DNA from: Lysobacterales bacterium
Lineage (GTDB): Bacteria; Pseudomonadota; Gammaproteobacteria; Xanthomonadales; Rhodanobacteraceae
DNA: 64,000 bases
Direction of reading: 5' to 3'
NCBI GenBank assembly: GCA_038205505.1
Contig: JBBRBU010000014.1
Coordinates: 8,067 to 72,066, forward strand
Shown one piece after another: positions 31,273 to 42,391 of the stretch (position 1 is the stretch's first letter; each line of letters opens with the position of its first letter). The notes beneath the pieces are model-generated. The model did no database searches. It saw nothing but the letters and a program-made list of their open reading frames with translations, and was not told where the DNA came from. Position numbers and translations under genes: made by a program.

Positions 31273-33522
31273 ATGAAAACGAATTGCAAGCTCGCGATAG
31301 CCGCGGCCTTGTCCGCATTGCTTTTCACGGGCGCGGCGAATGCCGCCACTTTCACCATCAGCACTACCGCAGATGACGCTTTTGCGCACGATACCAATCC
31401 CGGAAACGGCATTTGCATTGACGCGGGTGGTGCTTGTTCGCTGCGTGCCGCGATTGAAGAAGCCAACGCACGTGCCGGGATCGACACGATTCTTTTCTCC
31501 AATACATTTGTCAATGCGACCGTGACTCTGAGCGCGGCGACAAACGAGGGCCCGTTGCCGCCGATCACGGACAAGGTCAATATCCTCGGCATCTCGATCG
31601 ATGCCTACAACTCGAATGCCACGTTGCTGCGCGACGCACCACCGCAGTTTTTCATCAACGGCAGCAACCTGACAGGCAACGCCAGCGGGCTGATTTTCTC
31701 CGGTGCCGGTGCTTCCAGTAGCATCATTTCCGCGATCGGCATCATCGGCTTTCCGAGCCACGGCATCCTTGCGGCCTTTGGTGCCGACAATCTGATCATC
31801 GAGCGCAATTACATTGGCAATCGGGCGAATGGTTCTGCCGCCGGCAACGGTGGCCATGGCGTCTACGCGGCCAGCAGCGGCGGGCACCGCATCGGCAAGG
31901 TGCGCAACGGCGGCAACACCGCGTTCACCGGTCTCGGCAATGTGCTGTCGTCCAACGGCTTGTCCGGGGTCCGCCTCGAGTCCTCGAATGGCAACGACAT
32001 GCGCGGCAACCTGATCGGCATCTCGCCAACGGGTACCAGCGATCGCGGCAATGGCGCGTATGGCATCCAGATCAGTGGCACCGACAACGACATCGGCGAT
32101 TACCTCGCCGCCTCGAGTGCCGGCAACTACATTACAGGCAACAACCTCGGTGGCATTTTCTCGGTCGGCAACAGCAATCGTTTCTATGCCAACACCCTGG
32201 GCATTGGCGAAACCGGCGGCTTCATCACCAGTGAACTCGATGGCATCGTCATCATCGGCAACACCAATTTCATTGGCAACAGCGGCTTGGGCAGGAACAA
32301 GATCGTCGAGCATGCCGGTTCCGCAATCCGCCTCGGCGCAACGGCAGGCACGGCGGCCAACAGCAACTTCGTGCTCAACAACGAGATTGGCAGCTCCGGC
32401 TCGCAGTTTCCGATTCTGCTTTCCGGCAACGGAGCAGGTATCTACGTCGCCAAGGGCAATACCAATGCGATTCTCAACAACGTCGTCATCAACTCCACGG
32501 GCAGTTCCGCGCCGAGTCTGTTTGGCGACGGCATTGATGTGCGTGGCGACGGCAACACGATTTCCGGCAATCAACTCGGGTTCGTCACCTCGATATCCGG
32601 GCCTGTCGCCGAGCCGAACAATCAGGGAATCCATGTGGTCGGCAACAACAACACGATCGGCAGCAGCGACAGCCGCAACCAGGTCGGCGGCAACCACGGG
32701 ATTGGCATCGGAGCGTCGGGAAATGGCAATGCGGCCCGATTCAACTATGTAGGCGTAACCAGCGCTCTTGACGAGGTCGGCAATGGAACCGTCGGTCTGC
32801 AGATGAGCGATGGGTCCGGTATCGGCGTGGAAGGCAATATCGTCGGCAAGAACCTGGTCGGCGTGCTACTTGCCAATGTCATCGACAGCCCATTGATCAT
32901 CGGCAACTACATCGGCGTCAAACCCTCCGGCGGCAACATCGGCAACGCCGGCGACGGCCTGCGCATCATCAATTCCAGCAACAGTGACGTGCAGCAGAAT
33001 CGCATCTCATATAACGGCGGCAACGGCATCGTCACCAATGAAAATGTACTCGGACTGGCCTGGTTCCAGAATCGCATGCACAGCAACGGCGGCATCGGTA
33101 TCGACCTCGGCTTCGATGGCATCACGCCGAATGACGCTGGCGATGTCGATGTCGGACCCAACCGCCTGCAGAATTTCCCGATAATCCAGCAGGTCATTCT
33201 CGACAGCGTTGCCTTTCCACCCACACTGACGATCAGCTACCGCGTGGATTCGAATGCGGGCGCATCCGTCTACCCGCTGTTCGTCGATTTCTACTGGAGC
33301 GACATGGACGAACCCGCCCAGGGGCGCTTCTTCCTCGGTACCGATTTCAACTATTCAACACCGAATGCATTGCGCACGGTCACCTTGAATTTCGTCGATG
33401 GCGTGCCGGGTGGCTGGTTGACTGCAACCGCTCTGGATCAGGATCGCAATACCTCGGAGCTGGCCGCACGCTTCCAGTTCGGCAATCCGTTCGACAGGAT
33501 TTTCGCGAACGGATTCGAATAG
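31273..33522 (+). CDS. Secreted CSLREA-domain parallel beta-helix protein; C-terminal DRIFANGFE
   Basis: Signal peptide, CSLRAAIEEAN, Gly/Asn/Ile-rich beta-helix repeats and DGITPND...GPNRLQNFP. Confidence 0.85.
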   Translation: MKTNCKLAIAAALSALLFTGAANAATFTISTTADDAFAHDTNPGNGICIDAGGACSLRAAIEEANARAGIDTILFSNTFVNATVTLSAATNEGPLPPITDKVNILGISIDAYNSNATLLRDAPPQFFINGSNLTGNASGLIFSGAGASSSIISAIGIIGFPSHGILAAFGADNLIIERNYIGNRANGSAAGNGGHGVYAASSGGHRIGKVRNGGNTAFTGLGNVLSSNGLSGVRLESSNGNDMRGNLIGISPTGTSDRGNGAYGIQISGTDNDIGDYLAASSAGNYITGNNLGGIFSVGNSNRFYANTLGIGETGGFITSELDGIVIIGNTNFIGNSGLGRNKIVEHAGSAIRLGATAGTAANSNFVLNNEIGSSGSQFPILLSGNGAGIYVAKGNTNAILNNVVINSTGSSAPSLFGDGIDVRGDGNTISGNQLGFVTSISGPVAEPNNQGIHVVGNNNTIGSSDSRNQVGGNHGIGIGASGNGNAARFNYVGVTSALDEVGNGTVGLQMSDGSGIGVEGNIVGKNLVGVLLANVIDSPLIIGNYIGVKPSGGNIGNAGDGLRIINSSNSDVQQNRISYNGGNGIVTNENVLGLAWFQNRMHSNGGIGIDLGFDGITPNDAGDVDVGPNRLQNFPIIQQVILDSVAFPPTLTISYRVDSNAGASVYPLFVDFYWSDMDEPAQGRFFLGTDFNYSTPNALRTVTLNFVDGVPGGWLTATALDQDRNTSELAARFQFGNPFDRIFANGFE

Positions 33523-33831
33523 ATCGAGGGGCGGCGCATTCGATCAGCCTGCAAGCGTGCGCGGTAGAGGATTTGCAAGGACTTCGCGGGGCAAAGGCCT
33601 CGCTGACCCTGCCGCCCTGCGTGGATTCATTGGGCGGCGATTCCTGGCGACCCGAGACAGACTCGGGTCGTCCGCGCGGCTCTGCAGTGAAAGCCAAAAA
33701 CAAAGTCAGCGGGCCCTGCCGGCGCCGGCGCCGGGGTGACGCGGGGTGGAAATAAGAGCAGATCCCGGATCTCCGCATTCCGAAAATCGCTTTGACCGCC
33801 GTCCCGCGGCTGCATCCGGTGACAACCAGCA

Positions 33832-33877
33832 GTGTCAATGGCAGGGTTTCTCGCCTATTTCCGAATGACTCCCTGAA
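33832..33877 (+). promoter_or_regulatory. Putative ECF-type promoter motif TGGCAGGG-N15-CGAATGAC (copy 2)
   Basis: gtgtcaatggcagggtttctcgcctatttccgaatgactccctgaa versus gcgtcgatggcagggttttccgccgcactacgaatgaccccatgaa. Confidence 0.55.
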
Positions 33878-33928
33878 TACCCCGATCGGCCGCAGGCGCG
33901 GATCGACCTGACCCAAGGAGTTTTTCGG

Positions 33929-36169
33929 ATGAAAACCACGTTGCGCTTTCTGGTCGCCTCGTTTGGCCTGATGCTGGCCACGTCTGCCGCCGCATCGACC
34001 TTCACGGTCGATACCCCCATCGACGATACCGATGCCCATGATGCCAATCCGGGAGATGGCATTTGCCTCGATACGCTCAATGCCTGCCCGTTGCGCGCGG
34101 CGCTGGAGGAAGCCAATGCGCACGCGGGGCCCGACACGATTCTTTTCGCGAGCAACTGGGTCGACCAGACGCTGGTGGTCAGCGCTCTGGCCGGACCGCT
34201 GCCGGCGATCACCGACCGCGTGTCGATCCTCGGAACATCGATCTTGAGTTACAACGGTGGGGCCACGTTGCTGCGTGATGCACCGCCGATGGTCTTCATC
34301 GATGGCAGCCAGTTGTCGAATGCCGGCGACCATGGCCTGGTCCTCACGGGCGTAGGGGCGGGCGACAGTATCGTCTCCGCGATCGGGGTCGTCGGATTTC
34401 CTGGCGACGGCATCCGCACCACAACCGGCGTCTACAACCTGCGCATCGACCGCAACTACATCGGTGTTCGCGGCGATGGAACGCCGGCAGGTAACGGTGG
34501 CCATGGCGTGCATTCCTTCAACAGCGGCCAGAACCGGATCGGCAAGTCCGTCAACGGCGGCGGCACCGGCTACGTGAGCCTGGGCAATGTCATATCGGCC
34601 AATGTCCGCTCCGGTGTGCGTCTGGACGGCTCTTTCAACAATACACTTCACGGCAATCTGATCGGCATAGCACCGTCAGGCGATGCCGATATGGGCAACG
34701 GCGAATATGGCGTACACATTACCGGCGGAAACAACACCGTAGGCGACTTCATCGATGCCAACAGCGGCGGCAACTACATCGCGGCCAACGACCTCGGTGG
34801 AATCCAGGCTGACGGCGACGCCAATCGCATCTACGCCAACACCCTCGGGCGAGGAGAGACGGGCGGTTTCATTGACAGCGAATGGGCCGGCATTGTCGTG
34901 GTCGGCAATGCCAACACCATCGGCAGAGCGGGCCTGGGCCGCAACCGCGTTGTCCATCATCAGACTTCGGCGATCCGTGTCGGACTCCAGGGCGCGCCTT
35001 CCAGCAATGACAATGAGGTCGCCTACAACGAGCTCGGCAGTTCCGCAGCCGGTTCACCGGCAAATTTTTCCGGCAATGGCGGCGGCATCAATATCGCCAA
35101 CGGCAGCGAAAACGTGATCACCGGCAACCGTGTGATCAACGCGCTGGGCAACGCCGCAGTGGGTATTACCGGCGTCGGCGTCTTCGTGCGTGGCGACGCC
35201 AACACGATCACCGACAATCGGCTCGGATTCGTCGATTCCGTCGCCGGCCCCGTTGCCGAGCCCAACCAGCTCGGCCTGGTCGTGATCGGCAACGGCAACA
35301 TCATCGGCAGTGTCGGCAAGGGCAATCAGGTTGGCGGCAACAGCGGCTACGGTATCGGCGCATTCGGCGACAACAATTACGTGCATTTCAATTTCATCGG
35401 CGTCGATAGCGCGTACGCGCCGATCGGCAACGGCGGCGCCGGCCTCGTCTTGCAGGCGGGATCCGCCTTTTCGGTGCGCGAAAACGTCATCGGCGCCAAT
35501 AGCGGCGGCATGATACTCAACAGCGTCAGCAACAGCCCGCTGATTTTTGCGAACTGGATCGGAACGACGCCAAGTGGCGGCAATATCGGCAATGCGCTGG
35601 ACGGCATCCGCATCGAGGATTCCAACAACATCGATGTCCATTCGAACCGCATCGCGTTCAATGTCGGCAATGGCATCGCCACCGGCAGCAACGTCAGTGC
35701 GATCGCCTGGTTCCAGAACCGCATGTACGGCAATGGCGGCATCGGCATTGACCTCGGCGCAGACGGCATCACACCCAACGATCCCGGTGACTCTGACGAA
35801 GGTCCGAATCGTCTGCAGAATTTCCCGATCATCCAGAATGCCGTGCTCGACACCGTGGCCGTACCACCAACCCTGACCATCAGCTACCGGGTCGATTCGA
35901 ATGCCGGTACCGCTGGCTATCCCATGTTCGTCGACTTCTACTGGAGCGATGTCGATGAACTGGCCCAGGGAAGATTTTTCCTCGGCACCGATTTTGGCTA
36001 CAGCACACCGAATGCAATACGCACGGTCACCCTCGGTTTCGTCGACGGCGTGCCGGGTGGCTGGCTCACGGCAACGGCTTTGGAGCAGAACAGGAATACT
36101 TCGGAGCTGGCTGCAAGATTCCTGTTCGGCAATCCGTTCGGCAGGATATTTGCTGACGGATTTGAATAG
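33929..36169 (+). CDS. Paralogous secreted CSLREA-domain beta-helix protein; C-terminal GRIFADGFE
   Basis: CPLRAALEEAN. Collinear similarity to 31273-33522 over the full length, with a near-identical C-terminal ~110 aa. Confidence 0.85.
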   Translation: MKTTLRFLVASFGLMLATSAAASTFTVDTPIDDTDAHDANPGDGICLDTLNACPLRAALEEANAHAGPDTILFASNWVDQTLVVSALAGPLPAITDRVSILGTSILSYNGGATLLRDAPPMVFIDGSQLSNAGDHGLVLTGVGAGDSIVSAIGVVGFPGDGIRTTTGVYNLRIDRNYIGVRGDGTPAGNGGHGVHSFNSGQNRIGKSVNGGGTGYVSLGNVISANVRSGVRLDGSFNNTLHGNLIGIAPSGDADMGNGEYGVHITGGNNTVGDFIDANSGGNYIAANDLGGIQADGDANRIYANTLGRGETGGFIDSEWAGIVVVGNANTIGRAGLGRNRVVHHQTSAIRVGLQGAPSSNDNEVAYNELGSSAAGSPANFSGNGGGINIANGSENVITGNRVINALGNAAVGITGVGVFVRGDANTITDNRLGFVDSVAGPVAEPNQLGLVVIGNGNIIGSVGKGNQVGGNSGYGIGAFGDNNYVHFNFIGVDSAYAPIGNGGAGLVLQAGSAFSVRENVIGANSGGMILNSVSNSPLIFANWIGTTPSGGNIGNALDGIRIEDSNNIDVHSNRIAFNVGNGIATGSNVSAIAWFQNRMYGNGGIGIDLGADGITPNDPGDSDEGPNRLQNFPIIQNAVLDTVAVPPTLTISYRVDSNAGTAGYPMFVDFYWSDVDELAQGRFFLGTDFGYSTPNAIRTVTLGFVDGVPGGWLTATALEQNRNTSELAARFLFGNPFGRIFADGFE

Positions 36170-36266
36170 CCGGTGAGACCGCGCAATCGATCGGTCCGCG
36201 CTCCTGGATTGCGCCACTCGCCGGAACAGGTCATCTTCGAATACAGCGCAGCATTCGGGAGTCTCC

Positions 36267-39047
36267 ATGATGCACGATGAGGATGTCAGCCAATGGCAGA
36301 AGGCCGTGGCTTTGTATCGCGACGTGCTGGCCTTGTCGGAGAAAGATCGCAAGCGCCGGATCGACACCCTGGACGAGCCGGCCGACGTGATCGCGAAGCT
36401 CGAGCAGTTGCTGCGCGCCACGCAGGCCGGGGAGGCAACTCCGATTGAGGAAAAGGTCGGCCGCCTGATCGAGAGGCTGGGCCGCGAGACCGATGAGGGC
36501 GATCCATCGGATTTCGGCGCCGAGGCCATGCTCGGCCGCGTCATTGGCAACTGGACCGTAATTCGCGAGCTGGGCCGTGGTGGCATGGCGACGGTGTACC
36601 TGGTCAAGCGCAACGATGTCGCATTCGAGCAGTACGGTGCACTGAAACTGCTATCACTCTTGATGCTGGCCAGTGGCGGTGCCGCGCGCTTCGAGCGTGA
36701 GCAGCGACTCCTCGCACGCATGCACCACCCGAACATCGCAATGCTGCTGGATGGTGGCGTGGCCGCGGACGGAACTCCGTACCTGGTCACCGAACTCGTG
36801 GAAGGGCCCGACCTGCGCACGTATTGCGAGCGCGACGGGCTCGGTGTTCGCGACGTGATCAATCTTTTGCTGCAGGTTTGCGCCGCGGTCAGTCATGCGC
36901 ACGGCAACCTGATTCTGCATCGCGACATCAAGCCGTCGAATGTCATGGTGACCACCGACGGCCAGATCAAACTGGTCGATTTCGGCATTGGCAAGCTGGC
37001 CGAAGAAGCCGCCGAAGGCACCCAGACCAAGGTGTTCACGCCGAAGTACGCGGCCCCCGAGCAGCTCAGCGGCGCGGCTGTGACCACGGCGACTGACGTG
37101 TACGGACTCGGAGTTCTTGGCCGCAGCCTGCTTGGCACACCCATCCCGGGCCAGCGCGAACTGGACCGAATCTTCGACATGGCGACGCGCGAGGAAGCAT
37201 CGCGTCGATACGGCAGCGTGGAGAGCCTGGCGCGTGATCTGCGCAACTGGCTTGAGGATCGACCGATCGCCGCTGTCGCCGATTCAGCCCGCTATCGCGC
37301 ACGCAAGTATCTGAGCCGCCACCGCGGTGGCGTGGCCGCGCTTGTCGCCATCGTGTTGACCGCTGTTGCAGGCCTGGCGCTTGTCCTATGGCAGGCCCGA
37401 CAGACGCGCGAGGAACTGGCTGTATCCGAGCGTACGACGCAATTTCTCGTGCAACTGTTCGATCAGGCCGATCCTGTGGTTGCCAAGGGCTCGCCGACCA
37501 CGGCCCGCGATCTGCTCTCCCGAGCGCGCAACTCGCTGACGACCATCAACGACAACAAGGTTCGCAACCGGCTCGTCATCGCCATTGCCCAGGCGTACTA
37601 CGGCATGGCCGATTTCAAGGAGTCCGTGCAAATCCTGCAAAATGAATTGTCGGGGCCGATTGCCGACCAGTCGATCGATGTGCAGTTGCTGTTGGCCCGG
37701 TCAAGCTTTGAGAGCGGCCAGACTGCCGAGTCGATTGGCTTTCTTGAAGCCATGAATCCTCCGCCGGAGAGTGCCTACCGGGTGCATGGCCTGCTGGGAC
37801 GATATTTGAGTTCGGATGGGAAGTTCGAGCGTGCCGACAAGGAGCTGGCCACCGCGCGCGCAGCGTTGCCAGCCGCGGGCTCCGCTCCTGATGTGATCGG
37901 CATTCTCGCCGCGGTGGCACGCAACGATATTCGACAGGCCCGCTACGCCGAATCGCTGCTTGTACTCGAGCAGGCGCTTGCGCAGGCAAGAAACGCACAA
38001 TTGCCGTTGGAGGAAGGCAAGATCGAGCAGATGCATGCGCAAGTCGCCAACATCCAGGGGCGGCATGCCGATGCTCTGACACATACGCAGCGGGTACGCG
38101 AACTGTTCGCGCCGATCTACAGCGAGGATCACAGCGCGATGATCGAGCTCGACAACAAGGAGGGAGATATCCTGAAAGCCCTTGGCAGGCATGCGCTTGC
38201 CGTGGAAACGCTCGAACGCGCGGTCGGCAATGCACGCCGCCACATGGGTGACAGCGCGACAACGTCCAACGCGCTCAACTCCCTGAGCATGGCCTATGGC
38301 GCGGCGGGAAATCTCGAAGCGGCCATCGCCACGGGTCTGGAGGTCAATGAAATCCTGATTCGACTGGGCGATGCCGATCATCCGATCCGTGCAAACGTGC
38401 TTGGAAACGTGGCGGATTATCAGATCGATGTCGGAGATCTCGAAGGCGCCGAGACGAGCCTGGCCGTCGCCCGAAGTATCCTCGCCGATACCCTGCCTCC
38501 CAGTCACCCGGTTTCGATTCATGTGGAGTATCAGGTGCAACGCATTGCCATTCGGCGCGGAAACATCGAAGTCGCATTGAATCGACTCACCGAACTGGCA
38601 CCGATGGCACAAAAGGCGCCGGGACCTGGCAATGGCCTGACCCTGTCGATACTCAGCAGTGCCGGCCGACAGAACCTGCGCCTGGGACGGATCGACGAAG
38701 CAATAGGCTGGTTTGAGAAAGCCAGGAACGGGTCGCGCTCACTTGGCGAGGACTCCAGGCGCTATCTTGGCGCAAGCGCCGATCTGGCAGAGGCGACACT
38801 GGCAGCAGGAAGTGTCGACAAGGCGCAGAGCCTGCTGCAACCCGTGCTGAGGGCGCGCGACTCGGCGATTCCCGATTTCGAGGCCGGCCTGCGCTTGCGC
38901 GAATCGCAATTCGCCCGGCAGCGTGGCGACATCGTTGCACAAAAGGCACTGCTGGATTCTGCACTGGAGCTGATGCCCGAGGGCTCACCGCTACGAGCCG
39001 ATTGGGCACCCGAGATTGCGGCGCTTTCAAAATTTCAAGCTGACTGA
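36267..39047 (+). CDS. Hanks-type Ser/Thr kinase with a TM segment and C-terminal TPR-like repeats
   Basis: GRGGMATVY, ALKLL, HRDIKPSN, DFG, TPKYAAPEQ and DVYGLG. TM at ALVAIVLTAVAGLALVLW; helical repeats follow. Confidence 0.92.
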   Translation: MMHDEDVSQWQKAVALYRDVLALSEKDRKRRIDTLDEPADVIAKLEQLLRATQAGEATPIEEKVGRLIERLGRETDEGDPSDFGAEAMLGRVIGNWTVIRELGRGGMATVYLVKRNDVAFEQYGALKLLSLLMLASGGAARFEREQRLLARMHHPNIAMLLDGGVAADGTPYLVTELVEGPDLRTYCERDGLGVRDVINLLLQVCAAVSHAHGNLILHRDIKPSNVMVTTDGQIKLVDFGIGKLAEEAAEGTQTKVFTPKYAAPEQLSGAAVTTATDVYGLGVLGRSLLGTPIPGQRELDRIFDMATREEASRRYGSVESLARDLRNWLEDRPIAAVADSARYRARKYLSRHRGGVAALVAIVLTAVAGLALVLWQARQTREELAVSERTTQFLVQLFDQADPVVAKGSPTTARDLLSRARNSLTTINDNKVRNRLVIAIAQAYYGMADFKESVQILQNELSGPIADQSIDVQLLLARSSFESGQTAESIGFLEAMNPPPESAYRVHGLLGRYLSSDGKFERADKELATARAALPAAGSAPDVIGILAAVARNDIRQARYAESLLVLEQALAQARNAQLPLEEGKIEQMHAQVANIQGRHADALTHTQRVRELFAPIYSEDHSAMIELDNKEGDILKALGRHALAVETLERAVGNARRHMGDSATTSNALNSLSMAYGAAGNLEAAIATGLEVNEILIRLGDADHPIRANVLGNVADYQIDVGDLEGAETSLAVARSILADTLPPSHPVSIHVEYQVQRIAIRRGNIEVALNRLTELAPMAQKAPGPGNGLTLSILSSAGRQNLRLGRIDEAIGWFEKARNGSRSLGEDSRRYLGASADLAEATLAAGSVDKAQSLLQPVLRARDSAIPDFEAGLRLRESQFARQRGDIVAQKALLDSALELMPEGSPLRADWAPEIAALSKFQAD

Positions 39048-39086
39048 CGCGGCAACCTGATCAATCAAGGCGCTTCCGCAAACCTC

Positions 39087-39635
39087 TCAGGGCGCAAGGC
39101 GGGCGTCAAGAAACGCGCGGGCACAACTCCAGTCACGATGCAGGCTGCGCTCGGAACGACCGGTCAGTTGCGCAATCTCATGCATCGACATGCCGGCGAA
39201 ATAACGCAGGTTCACGAGTTCGAGCAGGCCTGGATCGATCTGTTCGAGCTCGTCCATCGCGGCATCGAGGGCAAGCAACTCGGTATTGGTTTCGGAACTG
39301 GCAACGTCGACGCGATCAAGCGTGACAAAGGCGGCGTCGCCACCGCGTTTCGCCGATGCTGATGCGCGCGCGGCATCGATCAGGATCTGGCGCATCGCCG
39401 CGGCGGCGCAGGCGAAGAAATGCTGACGACTGAGCAGATCGAGTTTCGCCGCGCCGACCAATTTCAGGTACAGCTCGTGGACCAGCGCAGTGGCGGTCAG
39501 GGTCGAGTTCGGCGCGCTGCTGATCCGACTACGCGCCAGGATCTTCAACTCGGCATGCAGGCGACCGAAGACTTCATCAAGCGAATGCTTGGTCCCCGTT
39601 GCCGCCTTGCCCAGCAGTTCGGTGATTTCTGACAC
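39087..39635 (-). CDS. ECF sigma factor of the kinase-associated type (TALVHE motif)
   Basis: ITELL, TLTATALVHELYLKL, AMRQILID...AKRGG and sigma4 LRYFAGMSMHEIA. GTG start with SD ggagg. Confidence 0.9.
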   Translation of the reverse strand: MSEITELLGKAATGTKHSLDEVFGRLHAELKILARSRISSAPNSTLTATALVHELYLKLVGAAKLDLLSRQHFFACAAAAMRQILIDAARASASAKRGGDAAFVTLDRVDVASSETNTELLALDAAMDELEQIDPGLLELVNLRYFAGMSMHEIAQLTGRSERSLHRDWSCARAFLDARLAP

Positions 39636-39743
39636 GCGCATCCTCCGGGCTGCAAAGCGGTGCACAAAGGCACGAACTAAAGCAGGTAGATGGTCAAATT
39701 GGGCCCCGTCCGGCCAGACTAACACCACACGCGTCCGCCTCAC

Positions 39744-40501
39744 TCATGTGCGCAACTTCCAGCCACTGCGAAAGATCCACCAGACGATGCCAAGGCAGAT
39801 GACAAGAAAGCCGAGCGTCATGCCGGTGCTGACTGCGATATGCACGTCGGCGCGACCGGTGAAGCTCCAGCGGAATCCGCTGATCAGATAGACGACCGGG
39901 TTGAACATCGTGATTTTCTGCCATAGCGGCGGCAGCATGCTGATCGAGTAGAACGCGCCGCCGAGAAAGGTCAGTGGCGTGATCACCATCAAGGGCACCA
40001 CTTGCAGCTTCTGGAAATCATCGGCCCACAAACCAATGATGAAGCCGAACAGGCTGAAGGTAATCGCGGTCAACACGAGAAAGCCGAACATCCAGAATGG
40101 ATGGGCGATCTCGTAGTCGACGAAGAAGCGCGCGGTGAGCAGAATCAGAAAGCCGAGGATCACTGATTTGGTTGCCGCTGCGCCGACATAGCCGATCACC
40201 ACTTCGATCCACGATACCGGTGCCGACAGCAGTTCATAGATCGTGCCGGCCCACTTCGGCATGTAGATGCCGAACGAAGCATTCGAGACGCTTTCGCCGA
40301 GCAGGGACAGCATGATCAGGCCCGGGATAATGAAGGCGCCGTAGCTGGTGCCGTCGATATCACCCATGCGCGAGCCGATCGCCGCGCCGAAGACGATGAA
40401 GTAGAGCGAGGTCGACAGCACTGGCGCGGCGATCGACTGCATCAAGGTTCGAAACGTGCGCGCCATCTCGAAGCGATAGATCGCGCGAATGCCATGGATG
40501 T

Positions 40502-40505
<4 letters not shown>
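39744..40505 (-). CDS. ABC-2 type transporter permease (YadH-like)
   Basis: [23 protein letters not shown] and [11 protein letters not shown]. Confidence 0.9.
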
Positions 40506-41482
<977 letters not shown>

Positions 41483-41693
41483 GAATGCCTCGTGTTTTCG
41501 AGTGAAGGCGGACGGTGAGGGGATCGCCTGCCAGGTTTGAATTCCCGCGCTGATCACGACGATCAGGCGTCGAGTATATCGACACGCTATCAATCGCATT
41601 CAGGTCCTTCTTCATGCACGTGCCGGAGTGAAACGTGCATCGTCGTCGGCGACGTGTTGGAATGCGGGTCCCACAAGAATCTGGAAATAGCCC

Positions 41694-42053
41694 ATGAGTT
41701 ATGTCGATGGATTCGTTGTTCCGGTACCGAAGGACAAGCTTGACGACTACAAGAAAATGGCACGCAAGGCCGGCAAGGTCTGGATATCGCATGGCGCGTT
41801 GGCCTATACCGAGTGCGTCGGCGATGACGTGCCGGTAGGCAAGCGCACTTCATTTCCGCAAAGCGTGAAACTGAAGGAAGGTGAGGTCGTGGTGTTCTCG
41901 TGGATCGTCTACAAGTCGCGCCGCGAACGCGACAAGATCAACAAACTGGTCATGGCCGATCCGCGCCTCGCAGAGATGATGGATCCGAAATCCATGCCGT
42001 TTGACGGCAAGCGCATGTTCTTCGGCGGCTTCAAGACTTTCGTCACGCTGTAG
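41694..42053 (+). CDS. DUF1428 family protein
   Basis: MSYVDGFVVPVP, SFPQSVK, VVFSWI and MPFDGKRMFFGGF. Confidence 0.9.
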   Translation: MSYVDGFVVPVPKDKLDDYKKMARKAGKVWISHGALAYTECVGDDVPVGKRTSFPQSVKLKEGEVVVFSWIVYKSRRERDKINKLVMADPRLAEMMDPKSMPFDGKRMFFGGFKTFVTL

Positions 42054-42391
42054 TCGATTGCTTGATGAGTTTGATTGCTGGTGGAATGAGTTTTGTCGAA
42101 ATCGTAGCTGTCTGACATTCACCGCAACACCTCATCCAGCAAACTCCATTACCTTTGCCGTTCGGCATACTCAGGACAGGCTCGGCTTTGCCGAGGCAGG
42201 GGCCCGGTGAGTTTGTTTTGTTTCTTTACGTTTTTGCGGAGCGCGGCATCGTCGCCGACGTTTCACTCGCCTCAGATCGCTCATCATCCCAGCGAAGGCT
42301 GGACTGCACATGCAGGATGCCGAAGCGAACGTTCGCGCAACGAATGGCCCGAAGGGCAAGCGGCAGGAGCGGCGCGCCATCCAGTTTTTAG

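Noticed and set aside
33523-33830. Possible c-di-GMP riboswitch upstream of the second beta-helix gene
   Set aside because: A GGCAAA is present, but the following GNRA tetraloop/receptor architecture is not. Only an isolated hairpin (gacccgag/ctcgggtc) is evident.
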